In this document: positions 45,058-56,251 of the stretch, one piece after another | Numbering within the stretch: position 1 is the first letter of the stretch | How the letters are laid out: each line of letters starts with the position of its first letter | Source: Candidatus Atelocyanobacterium thalassae | GTDB taxonomy: Bacteria; Cyanobacteriota; Cyanobacteriia; Cyanobacteriales; Microcystaceae | Direction of reading: 5' to 3' | Length of the DNA: 64,000 bases | Assembly: GCA_051971635.1 (NCBI GenBank) | Contig: JBFPLN010000001.1 | Location: 224,001 to 288,000, forward strand | The notes under the pieces: generated by a model | Database searches by the model: none | What the model was told of the DNA's origin: nothing | Seen by the model: the letters and a program-made list of their open reading frames with translations, nothing else | Program-made: the position numbers and the translations under genes

Positions 45058-46197
45058 ATGTCTAAAATAGTTCAATTTTTTTATCCTTTTTTCTTTCACT
45101 TAGTTAAAAGTTATCCAGAAAAAGCTCATCAAGTTTTTATAAAATCCTTAAATTTTCTGAAACAAAAACGTCATACGTTTTTGGGAAGCTATCTGTTATT
45201 AAATATAAAAAATTCTTTTTGTTATCATGATATTCGCCTCAAACAAACTTTGTGGGGACTTGATTTTAATATTCCTGTAGGATTAGCTGCTGGATTTGAC
45301 AAAGACGGATTAGCAGCAAGTATATGGGATTGTTTTGGCTTTGGTTTTGTTGAAATTGGAGCTGCTACTCTTCACTCTCAAACTGGTAATCCGAAGCCAA
45401 GATTATTCCGCTTACCATTAGATACAGCAATCTTAAATAGACTAGGTGCGAACAACGAAGGTGCTTTATCTATTGCTAAAAGATTAAAAGTGGATAGTCA
45501 AATACAACCTTTTAGAATTCCAGTTGGTATGAATTTATGTAAATCGAAAATTACTCCCCTAAATTTAGCTGTTGATGATTATTTAGAAAGCTTTCATCAC
45601 CTTGAATCCTGCGTAGATTATTTTACCATCAATGTAAGTTCTCCTAATACGCCTGGTCTTAGACTATTACAAGAAGAAAAACATTTAGAAACTATTTTAT
45701 ACAAGTTACAGCTTCAAAATCAAAAAAATAAACCCTTATTCATTAAAATTTCTCCTGATTTAAGTTGGGAATCTATTAGGACTATTATCTCGTTATCTAA
45801 AACTTATAAACTATCAGGTATTGTTGCCACTAATACCACCACAAAACGTGAAGACTTAAAAACTGTTATTCTGAATTCAACGGGTAATTATCTTGAAACA
45901 GAGCCTGGGGGTATTAGTGGAAAACCAATTCGTAAAAGATCAACAGAAATAATTAAATTTATCTACGAGGAAACAAAAGGTACATTACCTATTATTGGAG
46001 TAGGAGGAATCTTCACTGCAAAAGATGCTTGGAGTAAAATTGCTGCAGGAGCTACATTATTACAGCTATACACAGGTTGGGTATATCAAGGACCTTGGTG
46101 CATACCAAAAATAGCAAGAGGGCTAACTCTTCAACTAGAAAAGCATAAGTTATCTCATATTTCCCAAGTCATCGGTAGTCAAATTCCATTTTCTTGA
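45058..46197 (+). CDS. pyrD: Quinone-dependent dihydroorotate dehydrogenase
   Basis: VGLAAGFDK, GNPKPRLFRL, NVSSPNTPGLR, KISPDL, TNTT, GGISG, IIGVGGI. Confidence 0.96.
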   Translation: MSKIVQFFYPFFFHLVKSYPEKAHQVFIKSLNFLKQKRHTFLGSYLLLNIKNSFCYHDIRLKQTLWGLDFNIPVGLAAGFDKDGLAASIWDCFGFGFVEIGAATLHSQTGNPKPRLFRLPLDTAILNRLGANNEGALSIAKRLKVDSQIQPFRIPVGMNLCKSKITPLNLAVDDYLESFHHLESCVDYFTINVSSPNTPGLRLLQEEKHLETILYKLQLQNQKNKPLFIKISPDLSWESIRTIISLSKTYKLSGIVATNTTTKREDLKTVILNSTGNYLETEPGGISGKPIRKRSTEIIKFIYEETKGTLPIIGVGGIFTAKDAWSKIAAGATLLQLYTGWVYQGPWCIPKIARGLTLQLEKHKLSHISQVIGSQIPFS

Positions 46198-46214
46198 AGA
46201 AAAAACTAATACTT

Positions 46215-46436
46215 TTAGACTTGCTTATTACTTTTTGCATAAGCTTTAGCCGATGCTTTGATCCAAGTAGTAGCAGCAATTCCAAGAGGAACTATCATGA
46301 CTCCAAGGCCTGTTATTAAAGAATTCTGACGAGCAAAAGTACTGTTCATTAACAATATAATAATACAACCACAGTACAATAATCCAAGTAAAGGTAACCC
46401 TATTACAAGAATGGAAAATTTAGTATCTTTATCCAT
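46215..46436 (-). CDS. Small two-TM hypothetical protein
   Basis: 73 aa, ATG start, two hydrophobic helices, C-terminal WIKASAKAY. Confidence 0.6.
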   Translation of the reverse strand: MDKDTKFSILVIGLPLLGLLYCGCIIILLMNSTFARQNSLITGLGVMIVPLGIAATTWIKASAKAYAKSNKQV

Positions 46437-47218
46437 AAAAGCCCTTATAACTAATTAAAATATTGATTTATTCAGAAATAATTATATATAAACACGTTAT
46501 TTTTTAATCTATATAAATTAAAAAATAATCTGCCTATATTGATAATAATTAAAGATAAAGCTATGTCAGTAATATTATATCCTGGAACTAAGATAAATTA
46601 TAAATTCAATGAATGAAAATCTGTTAATATTAAAATACCTAAAAATATCTTCTCTAATACAAATACACAACTACTGAAAGTTCTATTAAACTAGTTCGCA
46701 TTATTTCATTTTTAACGTAACGATGTTGTTAAATAATTACTCATAGAATATAAGTAAATTATCATTAATATCTTAGCTTTATCGCTGTAGTCATTATCAT
46801 AATACTCTTTTAGAGTCTTATGATAATTGAATATAAAATTTCTTTCATTTCATATCTTATTTATACTACTTCTCTTAGAATAATTGCTTCAATAAAACAA
46901 TATTATATTGTTTTATTTTTTAATTAGATTACTAATTTATTAAATTTAATTGTTTTTATTTTAAAAAAAATATAAAAAGATGTTTATTCCCTTACTCCAA
47001 GAAAAATATTTTTGAAATAGATTTAATTAACTTTAGTTAATGATCAAAATTATCAAAAAATATTTAGTAACTATATTATTTCTTAAATAACTAATCATCT
47101 ATAATAAAGGTTGAAGGTTTTTCGATATATAAATGAACAAACATAAAGTTTATCTATACATTAATAAACCTTATTTAAAATAACAATAATTCTTAACCAA
47201 CTTTGCTCTATTTATTTT

Positions 47219-48778
47219 ATGATTACTAACTTGTTTAAATTATTTTGTTTAATTGGTTATTCTCTCAGCATTATTTATATTTTCTCCTTTTTATATGGAA
47301 GCGGAGACAATTTTGCCTTTGCAAAAGATACTAATTCTAATTCATCTTCCTCTACCTTTCCTTATCTTGAAAATGCTGCTAAACAAATAAATGAATTCAC
47401 TCTTGACAATGGCATGAAATTCATCGTTATGGAAAATCATAATGCGCCTGTAATATCTTTTGTAACTTATGCCGATGTTGGAGGAGTTGATGAACCTAAT
47501 AATAAAACTGGAGTTGCTCATTTCTTAGAACATCTAGCTTTTAAAGGAACTACAGAAATTGGAACAACAAATTATACTGAAGAAAAAGAAATATTAGATA
47601 ATTTAGACAATGTTTTTACTCTTATAGAAGAAGCAAAAGATAAGAACGATAATGCTCAAATTCATTCATTAACTGAAAAATTCTATGCTTTACAGGCGGA
47701 AGCTCATAATTATGTTAAACAAAATGAGTTCGGACGCATTGTTGAAACAGCAGGAGGTGTTAATATTAATGCTGCGACCTCTCCAGATTCTACTATTTAT
47801 TTTTATAGTTTTCCTTCAAATAAATTAGAATTATGGATGTCTTTAGAATCACAGAGATTTTTAAATCCAGTATTTCGAGAATTCTATAAAGAAAAAAACA
47901 TTATCTTAGAAGAACGTCGTCTTAGAACAGAAAATAATCCCATTGGTAAAATGGTAGAGGCTTTCCTGGACACTGCTTTCATTAAACATCCTTATAAGCG
48001 TCCAGTAATTGGTTACAATAAAGATATTAATGGTTTAACTCGCAAAGATGTTCAAGATTTCTTCGACACTTACTATGGACCAAATAATTTAACAATTTCT
48101 ATTGTAGGAGATGTTAAATTTGAGCAAATAAAAAAACTAGCTCAAACATATTTTGGTCGTTATCCTTCTAAGGCAGAACCACCTAAAGTATCTATATTAG
48201 AACCAAAACAAACAGAAACTCGTGAGATTACATTAAGTCTAGATTCTCAACCTTGGTATTTAGAGGGATATCACGTACCTTCTTTGAACCATCCTGATAA
48301 TGCTGTTTATCAAATAATTTCTAACATATTAAGTTCTGGGCGTACATCTCGTCTTTACAAATCTCTAGTTGAGGATAAGCAGGTAGCCCTAGTTGCTCAA
48401 GGATTAAGTGGTTATCCATCGGACAAATATCCTAATTTAATGCTTTTTTATGCACAAACTTCTCCTCAAGCATCAGTGGAGGAAGTCGCGAAAGCTTTAT
48501 CACTAGAAATTGAAAAATTAAAAATACAATCTGTCTCTGAACAAGAATTAGAAAGAGCTAAAAATAAATTGAGAGCTAGTCTATTACGTTCCCTTGATTC
48601 TAATTTAGGGATGGCTCGTGCTCTAGTAGAATATGAGGTAAAAACTGGTAAATGGCATAATTTATTCAGTCAGGTTAAAGCGTTAGAAGCTGTAACTGCT
48701 GAAGACATACAAAGAGTTGCAAAAATTACTTTTAAGTCAAAAAACATGACTATCGGACGTATACTGCCTAAAGAATAA
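47219..48778 (+). CDS. M16 family zinc peptidase with N-terminal signal/anchor
   Basis: GVAHFLEHLAFKGT (HxxEH), NAATS, EERRLR, HPYKRPVIG. Confidence 0.93.
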   Translation: MITNLFKLFCLIGYSLSIIYIFSFLYGSGDNFAFAKDTNSNSSSSTFPYLENAAKQINEFTLDNGMKFIVMENHNAPVISFVTYADVGGVDEPNNKTGVAHFLEHLAFKGTTEIGTTNYTEEKEILDNLDNVFTLIEEAKDKNDNAQIHSLTEKFYALQAEAHNYVKQNEFGRIVETAGGVNINAATSPDSTIYFYSFPSNKLELWMSLESQRFLNPVFREFYKEKNIILEERRLRTENNPIGKMVEAFLDTAFIKHPYKRPVIGYNKDINGLTRKDVQDFFDTYYGPNNLTISIVGDVKFEQIKKLAQTYFGRYPSKAEPPKVSILEPKQTETREITLSLDSQPWYLEGYHVPSLNHPDNAVYQIISNILSSGRTSRLYKSLVEDKQVALVAQGLSGYPSDKYPNLMLFYAQTSPQASVEEVAKALSLEIEKLKIQSVSEQELERAKNKLRASLLRSLDSNLGMARALVEYEVKTGKWHNLFSQVKALEAVTAEDIQRVAKITFKSKNMTIGRILPKE

Positions 48779-49280
48779 TAAGTTAACTCCATACTTTTTA
48801 ATTAATTGTTAGAAACAATATAGTTAGTAAATTTTAATCAATCAAACTAGTTCACACTGTATGTATTTTTAGATATAAAAATACATTTCAGTGTATTATT
48901 TACTACAATATTTATAAGTTTTTTCATAGTTAAAAATTTGTAAGATTTACCTTGTTAAATTTATGCAAAAATTTTATATGATGATAAGCTTAGCAAAATA
49001 TTTACTGAATAAAAAACTTGCTAATTTGATCAATTATAGAAAATGTTTAATAGTTAGTGAAAATTAGTTAAGCCATAGTATAGTATCTCTTATACTAAAA
49101 GTTTTAAATATTGAAAGTGCAAATGTATCTCTAAATTTTAAAGCTTATTAAAACAATTTTTACAAAACTTAATGGTATTTAAGCTCAGTTAAACTTAGAT
49201 TAATTTAATAATTATTTCGTAGATATTCTTTTCATTAGCAGCTAAACTTCTTATAAAATAGTCTAATAAAATTAAAATTT

Positions 49281-50309
49281 ATGACGTCTCAAGCAAAAGT
49301 AAACTCTTCTTCCTATAAAATCTCTATGCCTCCTAAAGATGCAAAAACTAGAGTAAGTCAGTTTATGAAAAACCTGCAGGATGAGATTTGTTGCTCATTA
49401 GAAAAAGCAGATCACCGAGGTCAATTTCAAGAAGATAGTTGGCAGAGGGAGGAAGGTGGTGGTGGACGCTCTCGAGTACTTAAGAATGGTAGCTTACTAG
49501 AACAAGGAGGAGTCAATTTTTCTGAAGTTTGGGGCGACGAATTACCATTATCGATAATAAAGCAACGACCTGAGGCTCAAGGACATAAATTTTATGCCAC
49601 AGGAACTTCTATGGTATTACATCCTCATAGTCCTTATATTCCAACAGTTCATCTTAATTACCGCTACTTTGAAGCAGGTCCTGTTTGGTGGTTTGGAGGG
49701 GGTATAGATTTAACTCCTTATTATCCATTTGCTGAAGATGCAGCTTTTTTTCATAAGACTTTAAAAAAAACTTGTGATAAACATCATGAAGGATATTATC
49801 CAACTTTTAAATCTTGGTGTGATGAATATTTTTATCTTAAGCATCGTCAAGAAACACGTGGTATTGGAGGAATCTTTTTTGATTATCAAGATGGTAGCTA
49901 TCCTCTATATCGTGGTTCTAATAATGATAAGACAGCCAATAAATATGCGGATCAAATTTCTGAATTAGAACCACGTACATGGGAAGAATTATTTGCTTTT
50001 GTTAGTGATTGTGGAAAAACTTTTTTGCCAGCATATCTACCTATTGTTGAAAGACGTCGTAACTTAGAATATGGAGAAAAAGAACGTCAATTCCAGTTAT
50101 ATAGACGAGGACGTTATGTTGAATTTAATTTAGTATACGATCGTGGTACGATTTTTGGGCTACAAACTAACGGACGTACTGAATCTATTTTAATGTCTTT
50201 GCCACCATTAGTCCGTTGGGAGTATTCTTACGAACCAAAAGTTAATACTCCTGAGTTTGAGTTATACAAAACCTTTTTGAAGCCTCAAGACTGGGTTAAT
50301 TGGTTATGA
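49281..50309 (+). CDS. hemF: Oxygen-dependent coproporphyrinogen III oxidase
   Basis: [51 protein letters not shown]. Confidence 0.97.
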   Translation: MTSQAKVNSSSYKISMPPKDAKTRVSQFMKNLQDEICCSLEKADHRGQFQEDSWQREEGGGGRSRVLKNGSLLEQGGVNFSEVWGDELPLSIIKQRPEAQGHKFYATGTSMVLHPHSPYIPTVHLNYRYFEAGPVWWFGGGIDLTPYYPFAEDAAFFHKTLKKTCDKHHEGYYPTFKSWCDEYFYLKHRQETRGIGGIFFDYQDGSYPLYRGSNNDKTANKYADQISELEPRTWEELFAFVSDCGKTFLPAYLPIVERRRNLEYGEKERQFQLYRRGRYVEFNLVYDRGTIFGLQTNGRTESILMSLPPLVRWEYSYEPKVNTPEFELYKTFLKPQDWVNWL

Positions 50310-50489
50310 TAATTTTATAATTACCATGCTCTTTTTTTGTGTATTTTTGCTAGAGATTTTAAGATAAAAGATAATTTAAAAAAAAGAAGATATAAATAGT
50401 ATTTAACTATAGGTATCTTCTTTGAAAAAGTTTCAAGTATTCTAAATATTAAATAATCTTCTAAATAAGATATAGTAGTTTATTCAAAA

Positions 50490-52583
50490 CTAAGTAGTTT
50501 TTGATAAACCACTATATCTTAGTAAAGGTTCTGTTTTAGGTTCTCTTCCTCGAAAAGATTTAAAAATTTCCATAGGGCATTTACTTCCACCTAAGGCTAA
50601 GATATTATTTCTAAAACTTTTACCTACTTCTGAAAGCTTATCATTATTTTGTAAGCCAACTTCTTCAAACGCAGAAAAGGAATCTGCACTTAATATTTCT
50701 GACCATTTATAGCTGTAGTATCCAGCTGCATAACCACCAGCAAAAATATGACTAAATGCGCATAGAAAAGCATCTTCAGGTAAGATTTTAACTACTGTTG
50801 TTGTTTTTGCAACTTTATCTCTAACTTGATTCAAAGTTTGATCACTGTTTGGTTGATATCTATGGTGCAATTCTAAATCTAGAAAACTAAAATGAAGTTG
50901 TCTTAGCATAGATAATCCAGCTATAAAATTACGTGAATATCTCAATTTATCATAGTAGTATTCAGGTATTTTTTCTCCTGTTTTATAGTGTCTAGCTATA
51001 CTGAAAAAAGTATTCCTTTCATAGCACCAATATTCCATGAATTGACTAGGTAACTCTACAGCATCCCACTCTATATTATTAATACCTGATGCTCCAGGGT
51101 AGTTGATTGTTGTTAACATATGTTGTAAACCATGACCAAACTCGTGAAATAAAGTAGTTACCTCATCAAAAGTCATTAAGCTAGGTTCTTCTCCAAGCGG
51201 AGGGGTTTGATTGCAAATTAAGTATGCAACTGGTAACCGAGTAATAGTTTTTCCACCTTGATATGTTTGAGATCTTCCGATACAGTCACTCATCCAAGCA
51301 CCTCCACGCTTTTCTGCAGGGCGACTATAGGGATCTAGATAGAAGTATGCAATTACCTTTTCTGCCTCATCTTCTACCTGAAAAAATTGTACATCTTTAT
51401 GCCATGTTGATACTTGTTTATCTGCAAGAGTTATTTTAACTCCAAAAATACGTTCTACTAGGTGAAATAACCCTTTTAGAACTTGCTCTAAAGGAAAGTA
51501 AGCTCGTAATTCCTCGTTAGTAAAATCGAATAAGAATTCACGTTGTTTTTCTGTCCAATAACTTATATCCCAAGGTTCTAAATCAGAATTACAATTATTA
51601 AATGCAAATATCTTTAAATCTTTTAATTCTTCTTGTGCTGCTTCATAACTTACAAGTCTTAGCTCTTCTAAGACTTTCTCTACATCCTCAACACTAGAAG
51701 CCATTTTTTTACTTAAACTTATTTCGGCATATGATTGATAATCTAGAATTTTTGCCTGTTCCTTTCTTAAGGTTAGGATGCGCTCTATCAAAGGTTTATT
51801 ATCTAGCTTGCCAATTGATGCTCGAGATATAAAGGCTTTATAGACTTTTTCCCTTAAATTGTTTTGACTACTATATTTCATGAAAGGAGCGTACACAGGA
51901 TAGTCTAAAGTTATAATCCATGGACCCATTTCTGGAGTAGCATTACTATATCCTTCTAAAACAGCGTTATTTGAAGCAATTTTTAAAATACTGAGAGGTA
52001 GACCATCAGTTTCTGTTTTGTGTGTTAGCTTTAACTTAAAGTCTTTAGTTGAGTCTAAGACGTTATTAGAGAAATGTGTAGATAGCTCAGCAAGCTCTAA
52101 GTTAATCTCATTAAATTTATGACGTTTTTCTACTGTTAGATTAACACCGGAAAGCTCAGCTTCCTGAATAGAGCTTTCGACAATGCGTTTTTGACAATTA
52201 TCTAAAGCATTCCACAAGACAGAATCTTTTTGCAAATCTTTAAATGCTTGATAAACAGGCTTGCTCTGTCTTAACCTATTCACAAAGTTAATAATATCAG
52301 GCTGAACAGTTTGATAAATATCTCGAAGCTTTGAACTATTTTTAACTCCCATTAAATGATTAATAATGCCCCACGTCCATTTAATTTTTTCTTCAATAAT
52401 AGTTAAAGGTTCTACAAGACCTTCCCAAGTCGCAGTAACATTTTCTTCCAAGTAAGTTAATTTATTATCTGCTTGCTTAAGAAGCTCGACTATTGAAGGA
52501 ACAATATCATCCAACGTAATTTTTTCAAAAGCAGGTAAACCTTCTCCAACTAATAAATAATTATCAGTATATTGTTTTTTCAT
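50490..52583 (-). CDS. prlC: Oligopeptidase A (M3 family)
   Basis: KRGGAWM, LFHEFGHGLQH, WDAVELPSQFME, HIFAGGYAAGYYSYKW, FRGREP. Confidence 0.95.
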   Translation of the reverse strand: MKKQYTDNYLLVGEGLPAFEKITLDDIVPSIVELLKQADNKLTYLEENVTATWEGLVEPLTIIEEKIKWTWGIINHLMGVKNSSKLRDIYQTVQPDIINFVNRLRQSKPVYQAFKDLQKDSVLWNALDNCQKRIVESSIQEAELSGVNLTVEKRHKFNEINLELAELSTHFSNNVLDSTKDFKLKLTHKTETDGLPLSILKIASNNAVLEGYSNATPEMGPWIITLDYPVYAPFMKYSSQNNLREKVYKAFISRASIGKLDNKPLIERILTLRKEQAKILDYQSYAEISLSKKMASSVEDVEKVLEELRLVSYEAAQEELKDLKIFAFNNCNSDLEPWDISYWTEKQREFLFDFTNEELRAYFPLEQVLKGLFHLVERIFGVKITLADKQVSTWHKDVQFFQVEDEAEKVIAYFYLDPYSRPAEKRGGAWMSDCIGRSQTYQGGKTITRLPVAYLICNQTPPLGEEPSLMTFDEVTTLFHEFGHGLQHMLTTINYPGASGINNIEWDAVELPSQFMEYWCYERNTFFSIARHYKTGEKIPEYYYDKLRYSRNFIAGLSMLRQLHFSFLDLELHHRYQPNSDQTLNQVRDKVAKTTTVVKILPEDAFLCAFSHIFAGGYAAGYYSYKWSEILSADSFSAFEEVGLQNNDKLSEVGKSFRNNILALGGSKCPMEIFKSFRGREPKTEPLLRYSGLSKTT

Positions 52584-52903
52584 GAGTAAAAAGTAGTTAT
52601 GTTCTATGTATATGCAACGATCAGTTTATAGCTTAAAATAATTTTGCTTATTAGCAAAATTTAACGCAATCTATTATTTATGTAAAATATAAAGTTAATA
52701 TAAGACACAAGTATAAAATTATTAACATTCAAATAATTCTCATTATTTGAAATATTTAAAAAAGAACCAGCATCATATTCTGATAAGTAGATAAACTTTT
52801 AAAATACACAAAAGCTATCAATTTGATTTATATGATTTTAATTAAGAAAATGTATCATGTATTGTAATATATAAATATGATTTAGTTTTGGAAGTAAATA
52901 TTT

Positions 52904-52993
52904 ATGGATATTTTAGCTCTTGGTTGGGTTAGTGTATTAGCCTTGTTTAGCTGGTCTCTTGCCATGGTTGTTTGGGGACGTAACGGTTTTTAG
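52904..52993 (+). CDS. petN: Cytochrome b6f complex subunit 8 (not in the ORF track)
   Basis: Translates to [29 protein letters not shown] (29 aa), with the hallmark VVWGRNG. Confidence 0.96.
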   Translation: MDILALGWVSVLALFSWSLAMVVWGRNGF

Positions 52994-53004
52994 GACTCTA
53001 TACT

Positions 53005-53139
53005 ATGCAAGTTCTCAACTTTCTTTTTTATACTGCTTTTGCTTTACTAGTCTTAGTGAGTATAGGTATTATTTATTTAACTGCTATGGATCGATATAGT
53101 CGTTATTTTCAAGAACAAACTAAAGAGAATAAGTTATAA
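53005..53139 (+). CDS. 44-aa single-TM small protein downstream of petN (not in the ORF track)
   Basis: MQVLNFLFYTAFALLVLVSIGIIYLTAMDRYSRYFQEQTKENKL*; 11 nt after the petN stop, AGGA upstream, hairpin at the stop. Confidence 0.7.
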   Translation: MQVLNFLFYTAFALLVLVSIGIIYLTAMDRYSRYFQEQTKENKL

Positions 53140-53177
53140 GATTTAAGGGAAAATTTTTTTCCCTTAAATCTTATAAC
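53133..53177. repeat. Perfect inverted repeat, 21-bp arms, 3-nt loop
   Basis: gttataagatttaagggaaaa-ttt-ttttcccttaaatcttataac; overlaps the stop of the 44-aa ORF. Confidence 0.9.
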
Positions 53178-53236
53178 ATAATGTAGCCAACATAAACAGA
53201 TTAAATCATATAATTTATTCATATTGTGTTCAACTT

Positions 53237-53280
53237 TAAAAATCAATAAGGCGAAATAAAATTCACCTTATTGATTTTTA
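53237..53280 (-). terminator. Inverted repeat, 19-bp arms (1 mismatch), just after the ycf54 stop
   Basis: taaaaatcaataaggcgaa-ataaaa-ttcaccttattgattttta; the C/A mismatch is a G.U pair in the minus-strand RNA. Confidence 0.8.
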
Positions 53281-53287
53281 GTTTTAT

Positions 53288-53623
53288 TTAGGTTCCAGAA
53301 GCAGAATTTACAGAAGCTAGTGGGTCTGGAATCGTAGAAGAAGGAGCTTGAAAATCTCCTTGAGCTACATATTCTAGTCGTAGTTTTAGCCAAGTGATAA
53401 AACCATGATCTGTTGAAATAATAGCAACACTTGGTTGAGGACACTGCGCTTTAATATTAGTGAACTCTGGAGCTTCAATAAAAGCAGGTTCTTTGACTAG
53501 CCAAAAATCAATTGCTTTATCTTTAGCTTGATGGTCTCTAACTCTTTCTCTCAATACTTCGTCTAAAGGTTCTTCTTCTAGAAGAAATTTTTGACTAGCT
53601 AAAACGTAATAATAGGTGTTCAT
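53288..53623 (-). CDS. ycf54: Ycf54, MgPME cyclase auxiliary protein
   Basis: YYYVLASQKFLLEEEPLDEVLRER, IDFWLV, FITWLKLRLEYV. Confidence 0.93.
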   Translation of the reverse strand: MNTYYYVLASQKFLLEEEPLDEVLRERVRDHQAKDKAIDFWLVKEPAFIEAPEFTNIKAQCPQPSVAIISTDHGFITWLKLRLEYVAQGDFQAPSSTIPDPLASVNSASGT

Positions 53624-53702
53624 TGCTTATTAATTAATCCTGATTGCCCAACTATTATTATTCAACTTAAGAATACTTTATTGGTCAAGATTAATTAATA
53701 AT

Positions 53703-54452
53703 TTATAATTCTCCTTTTATTGCTAGTTTCATTTCTTTAACAGCTTTTTCCATTCCTACTAATACAGCGCGACTTATGATTGTATGACCAATATTTAGCT
53801 CTCTAATTCCAGGAAGACAAGCAATAGGATGAACATTACTATAATTTAGTCCATGGCCAGCATTAATTTTTATACCCAGGTCGGTAGCTTTACAACATGC
53901 TAATTGCAACATTCCTAACTCGTCTTGACGTTGTCTATTATGAATAGAATTTGCATATTTTCCTGTATGTAATTCAATAAATTTTGCTTTAGTATTTTCA
54001 GAAGCCTGAATTTGACTCTCATCACTATCAATAAAAAGACTAGTAGGAATTCCATTATCTTGTATTTTGCCTACTATTTTTTTCAAGAATTCTAAGTTTT
54101 TTCGAACATCTAAGCCACCTTCTGTAGTTATTTCTTCACGTTTTTCTGGAACTAGAGTAATGTAATCAGGCTTGATATCAAGAGCAATTTTAACCATCTC
54201 TTCTGTGGCAGCAATTTCTAAATTCAAACGTGTTTGGATAATTTCTTTTATTAAGTATACGTCTCGGTCCTGAATATGTCGTCTATCCTCCCTTAGATGA
54301 AGAGTTATCCCATTTGCCCCACCCAGTTCTGCTAAAGTTGCTGCTGCAAATAGATTTGGCTCACTTGATTGTCTTGCTTGGCGAACAGTAGCAACATGGT
54401 CTATATTTACTCCGAGAGTTGGAAATTTAAGATTTGCTTTTTTATCAAACAT
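53703..54452 (-). CDS. pdxJ: Pyridoxine 5'-phosphate synthase
   Basis: [50 protein letters not shown]. Confidence 0.97.
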   Translation of the reverse strand: MFDKKANLKFPTLGVNIDHVATVRQARQSSEPNLFAAATLAELGGANGITLHLREDRRHIQDRDVYLIKEIIQTRLNLEIAATEEMVKIALDIKPDYITLVPEKREEITTEGGLDVRKNLEFLKKIVGKIQDNGIPTSLFIDSDESQIQASENTKAKFIELHTGKYANSIHNRQRQDELGMLQLACCKATDLGIKINAGHGLNYSNVHPIACLPGIRELNIGHTIISRAVLVGMEKAVKEMKLAIKGEL

Positions 54453-54480
54453 CTTATAATTAAGTAGAGAATTTGAACTT

Positions 54481-54522
54481 AAATAATAGTTAATATTATT
54501 TTTATAATATTAACTATTATTT
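54481..54522. repeat. Perfect inverted repeat, 19-bp arms, 4-nt loop
   Basis: aaataatagttaatattat-tttt-ataatattaactattattt upstream of pdxJ. Confidence 0.85.
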
Positions 54523-54605
54523 CTTAAAAAGAATCAGATATTAAATTTAAAATATAACTAAAATACTTTAGTATGTAATTTATATAGTCTTATTCAGTTG
54601 ATTAA

Positions 54606-54651
54606 AAAAGAAAGATAAATTATTACATAAAAAATAATTTATCTTTCTTTT
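54606..54651. repeat. Perfect inverted repeat, 19-bp arms, 8-nt loop
   Basis: aaaagaaagataaattatt-acataaaa-aataatttatctttctttt. Confidence 0.85.
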
Positions 54652-54697
54652 ATAAGATATTAGTTTAACGAATAAGAATTTTTAATCAAGATATACT

Positions 54698-56088
54698 TTG
54701 TCTCAAAATACCATTATGAATTTTTTATGTTTTCGGTATAATTTCATTTCTGTAACTATATTTTGTAGTACATTTATTTTTTTTATTTTCAGTAGTCTCA
54801 GACATATACTATTTCAGTCAACAGCTTGGGATTTAGCGATTTTCGATCAAGCAATTTACTTAATAAGTCAGGGTAAAGTACCAAATTCATCTTTTTTAAA
54901 TATTCATATACTAGGGGATCATGCCTCTTTAATACTTTACCCATTATCTTTATTTTATATACTTTACCCTTCAGTTTACTGGTTGTTTTTTATACAAGCT
55001 CTATCTCTAAGTCTTGGTATACTACCCATCTATTATTTATGTCAGAATCAAGGTTTAAATAAAAACTACTCACATACAATAAGCTTAGTATATTTATTTT
55101 ATCCATTAATTTTTAATATTAATTTATTTGATTTTCATCCCGATGTAATATTTGTTCCAGCAATTTTATTTGCTCTTTTAGCTATTTTTGAAGATAGATT
55201 GTATTTATTTATTTTGTCCATATTAGTTGCCTTAAGTTGCAAGAGTATATTCTCTTTGACAATTATTTTTATGGGTTTATGGCTATTAGTACTAAAAAAA
55301 AAAAATTTAGTTTATTTGCTCTAGGAAGTGGTTTTACTTGGTTTATTGTTAGCACTAACTTTATTATTCCTATTTTTAGTGATAACAAGGCCAATATTGA
55401 AAGACATCTTGAAAGGTTTAATCATCTTGGAAATACATTTCCTGAAATAATTTACAACTTAATCTTTAATCCTGTTTTAATTTTAGAAGGAATATTTAAC
55501 TTACCTAATCTAGAATATTTGTTACTGTTATTAGTACCTATCTTTTGGGGTATGTCTCTAGCTTCACTTTCTCCTTTGATACCTTGTATTCCTAGCTTTA
55601 CAATGAATCTACTATCCCAAAACATTTTACAAAAAGATCTTTTACATCATTATTCTTTACCAATTCTACCCTTTTTAATAATAGTTATCATTAAAACTAT
55701 AGCTCAAGAAAAAAAGTGGCCTTGGAAGAAATATGTTTTTTTATGGTCACTAATTTCTTTTATTATGTTTGCCAAATTAGGTAATTTTACATCTCGATAC
55801 TTAGTTTCTTTAGATACTTGGACAACAAATAAAGAAGCTATTAGTAAAATATCTAGCCAAAGTAGTATACTGACTCACTCCTATGTTGCACCTCATATTA
55901 GTCATCGCCCCACTGTAAAATTAATCGAGCAAGAAATGAACATAAATGTAGAACAATTTGATAATATTTTATTAAATGATCTTTTCTCACAAAGCGAAAA
56001 TATTAAAAAGCAAGTTCAGAAAAGTAATCATTTTTCATTAGTTTTTCAGAAAAATAATGTCTATCTTTTTAAAAAGCATAACATCTGA
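54698..56088 (+). pseudogene. DUF2079-family membrane protein split by a frameshift in an A12 tract (55294-55305)
   Basis: ORF 54698-55324 matches the N-half and ORF 55237-56088 the C-half of the paralog at 1-1291; A13 or A10 would fuse them in frame. Confidence 0.8.
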
Positions 56089-56251
56089 TTTTAGTAAATA
56101 GTATGTAAAGTTTTCAAAAATAAATATAATTTTGTTTACCAAATCAGCTCTCCTGAAGAATATTTAGATAAATATTTTTTATGTATTTAGTAGACATAGC
56201 TATTTTGAAAAATGTTCTTACTTAAATAATTATTAGTAATTGTAATTTTTA

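Noticed and set aside
823..49968. Short ORFs nested in or antisense to real genes (e.g. 823-1008, 3784-4044, 4888-5157, 11371-11805, 14179-14385, 18576-18983, 21155-21577, 30692-30910, 35022-35303, 43770-44144, 49774-49968)
   Set aside because: They are shadow frames of well-conserved genes, with no recognisable motifs and often non-ATG starts.
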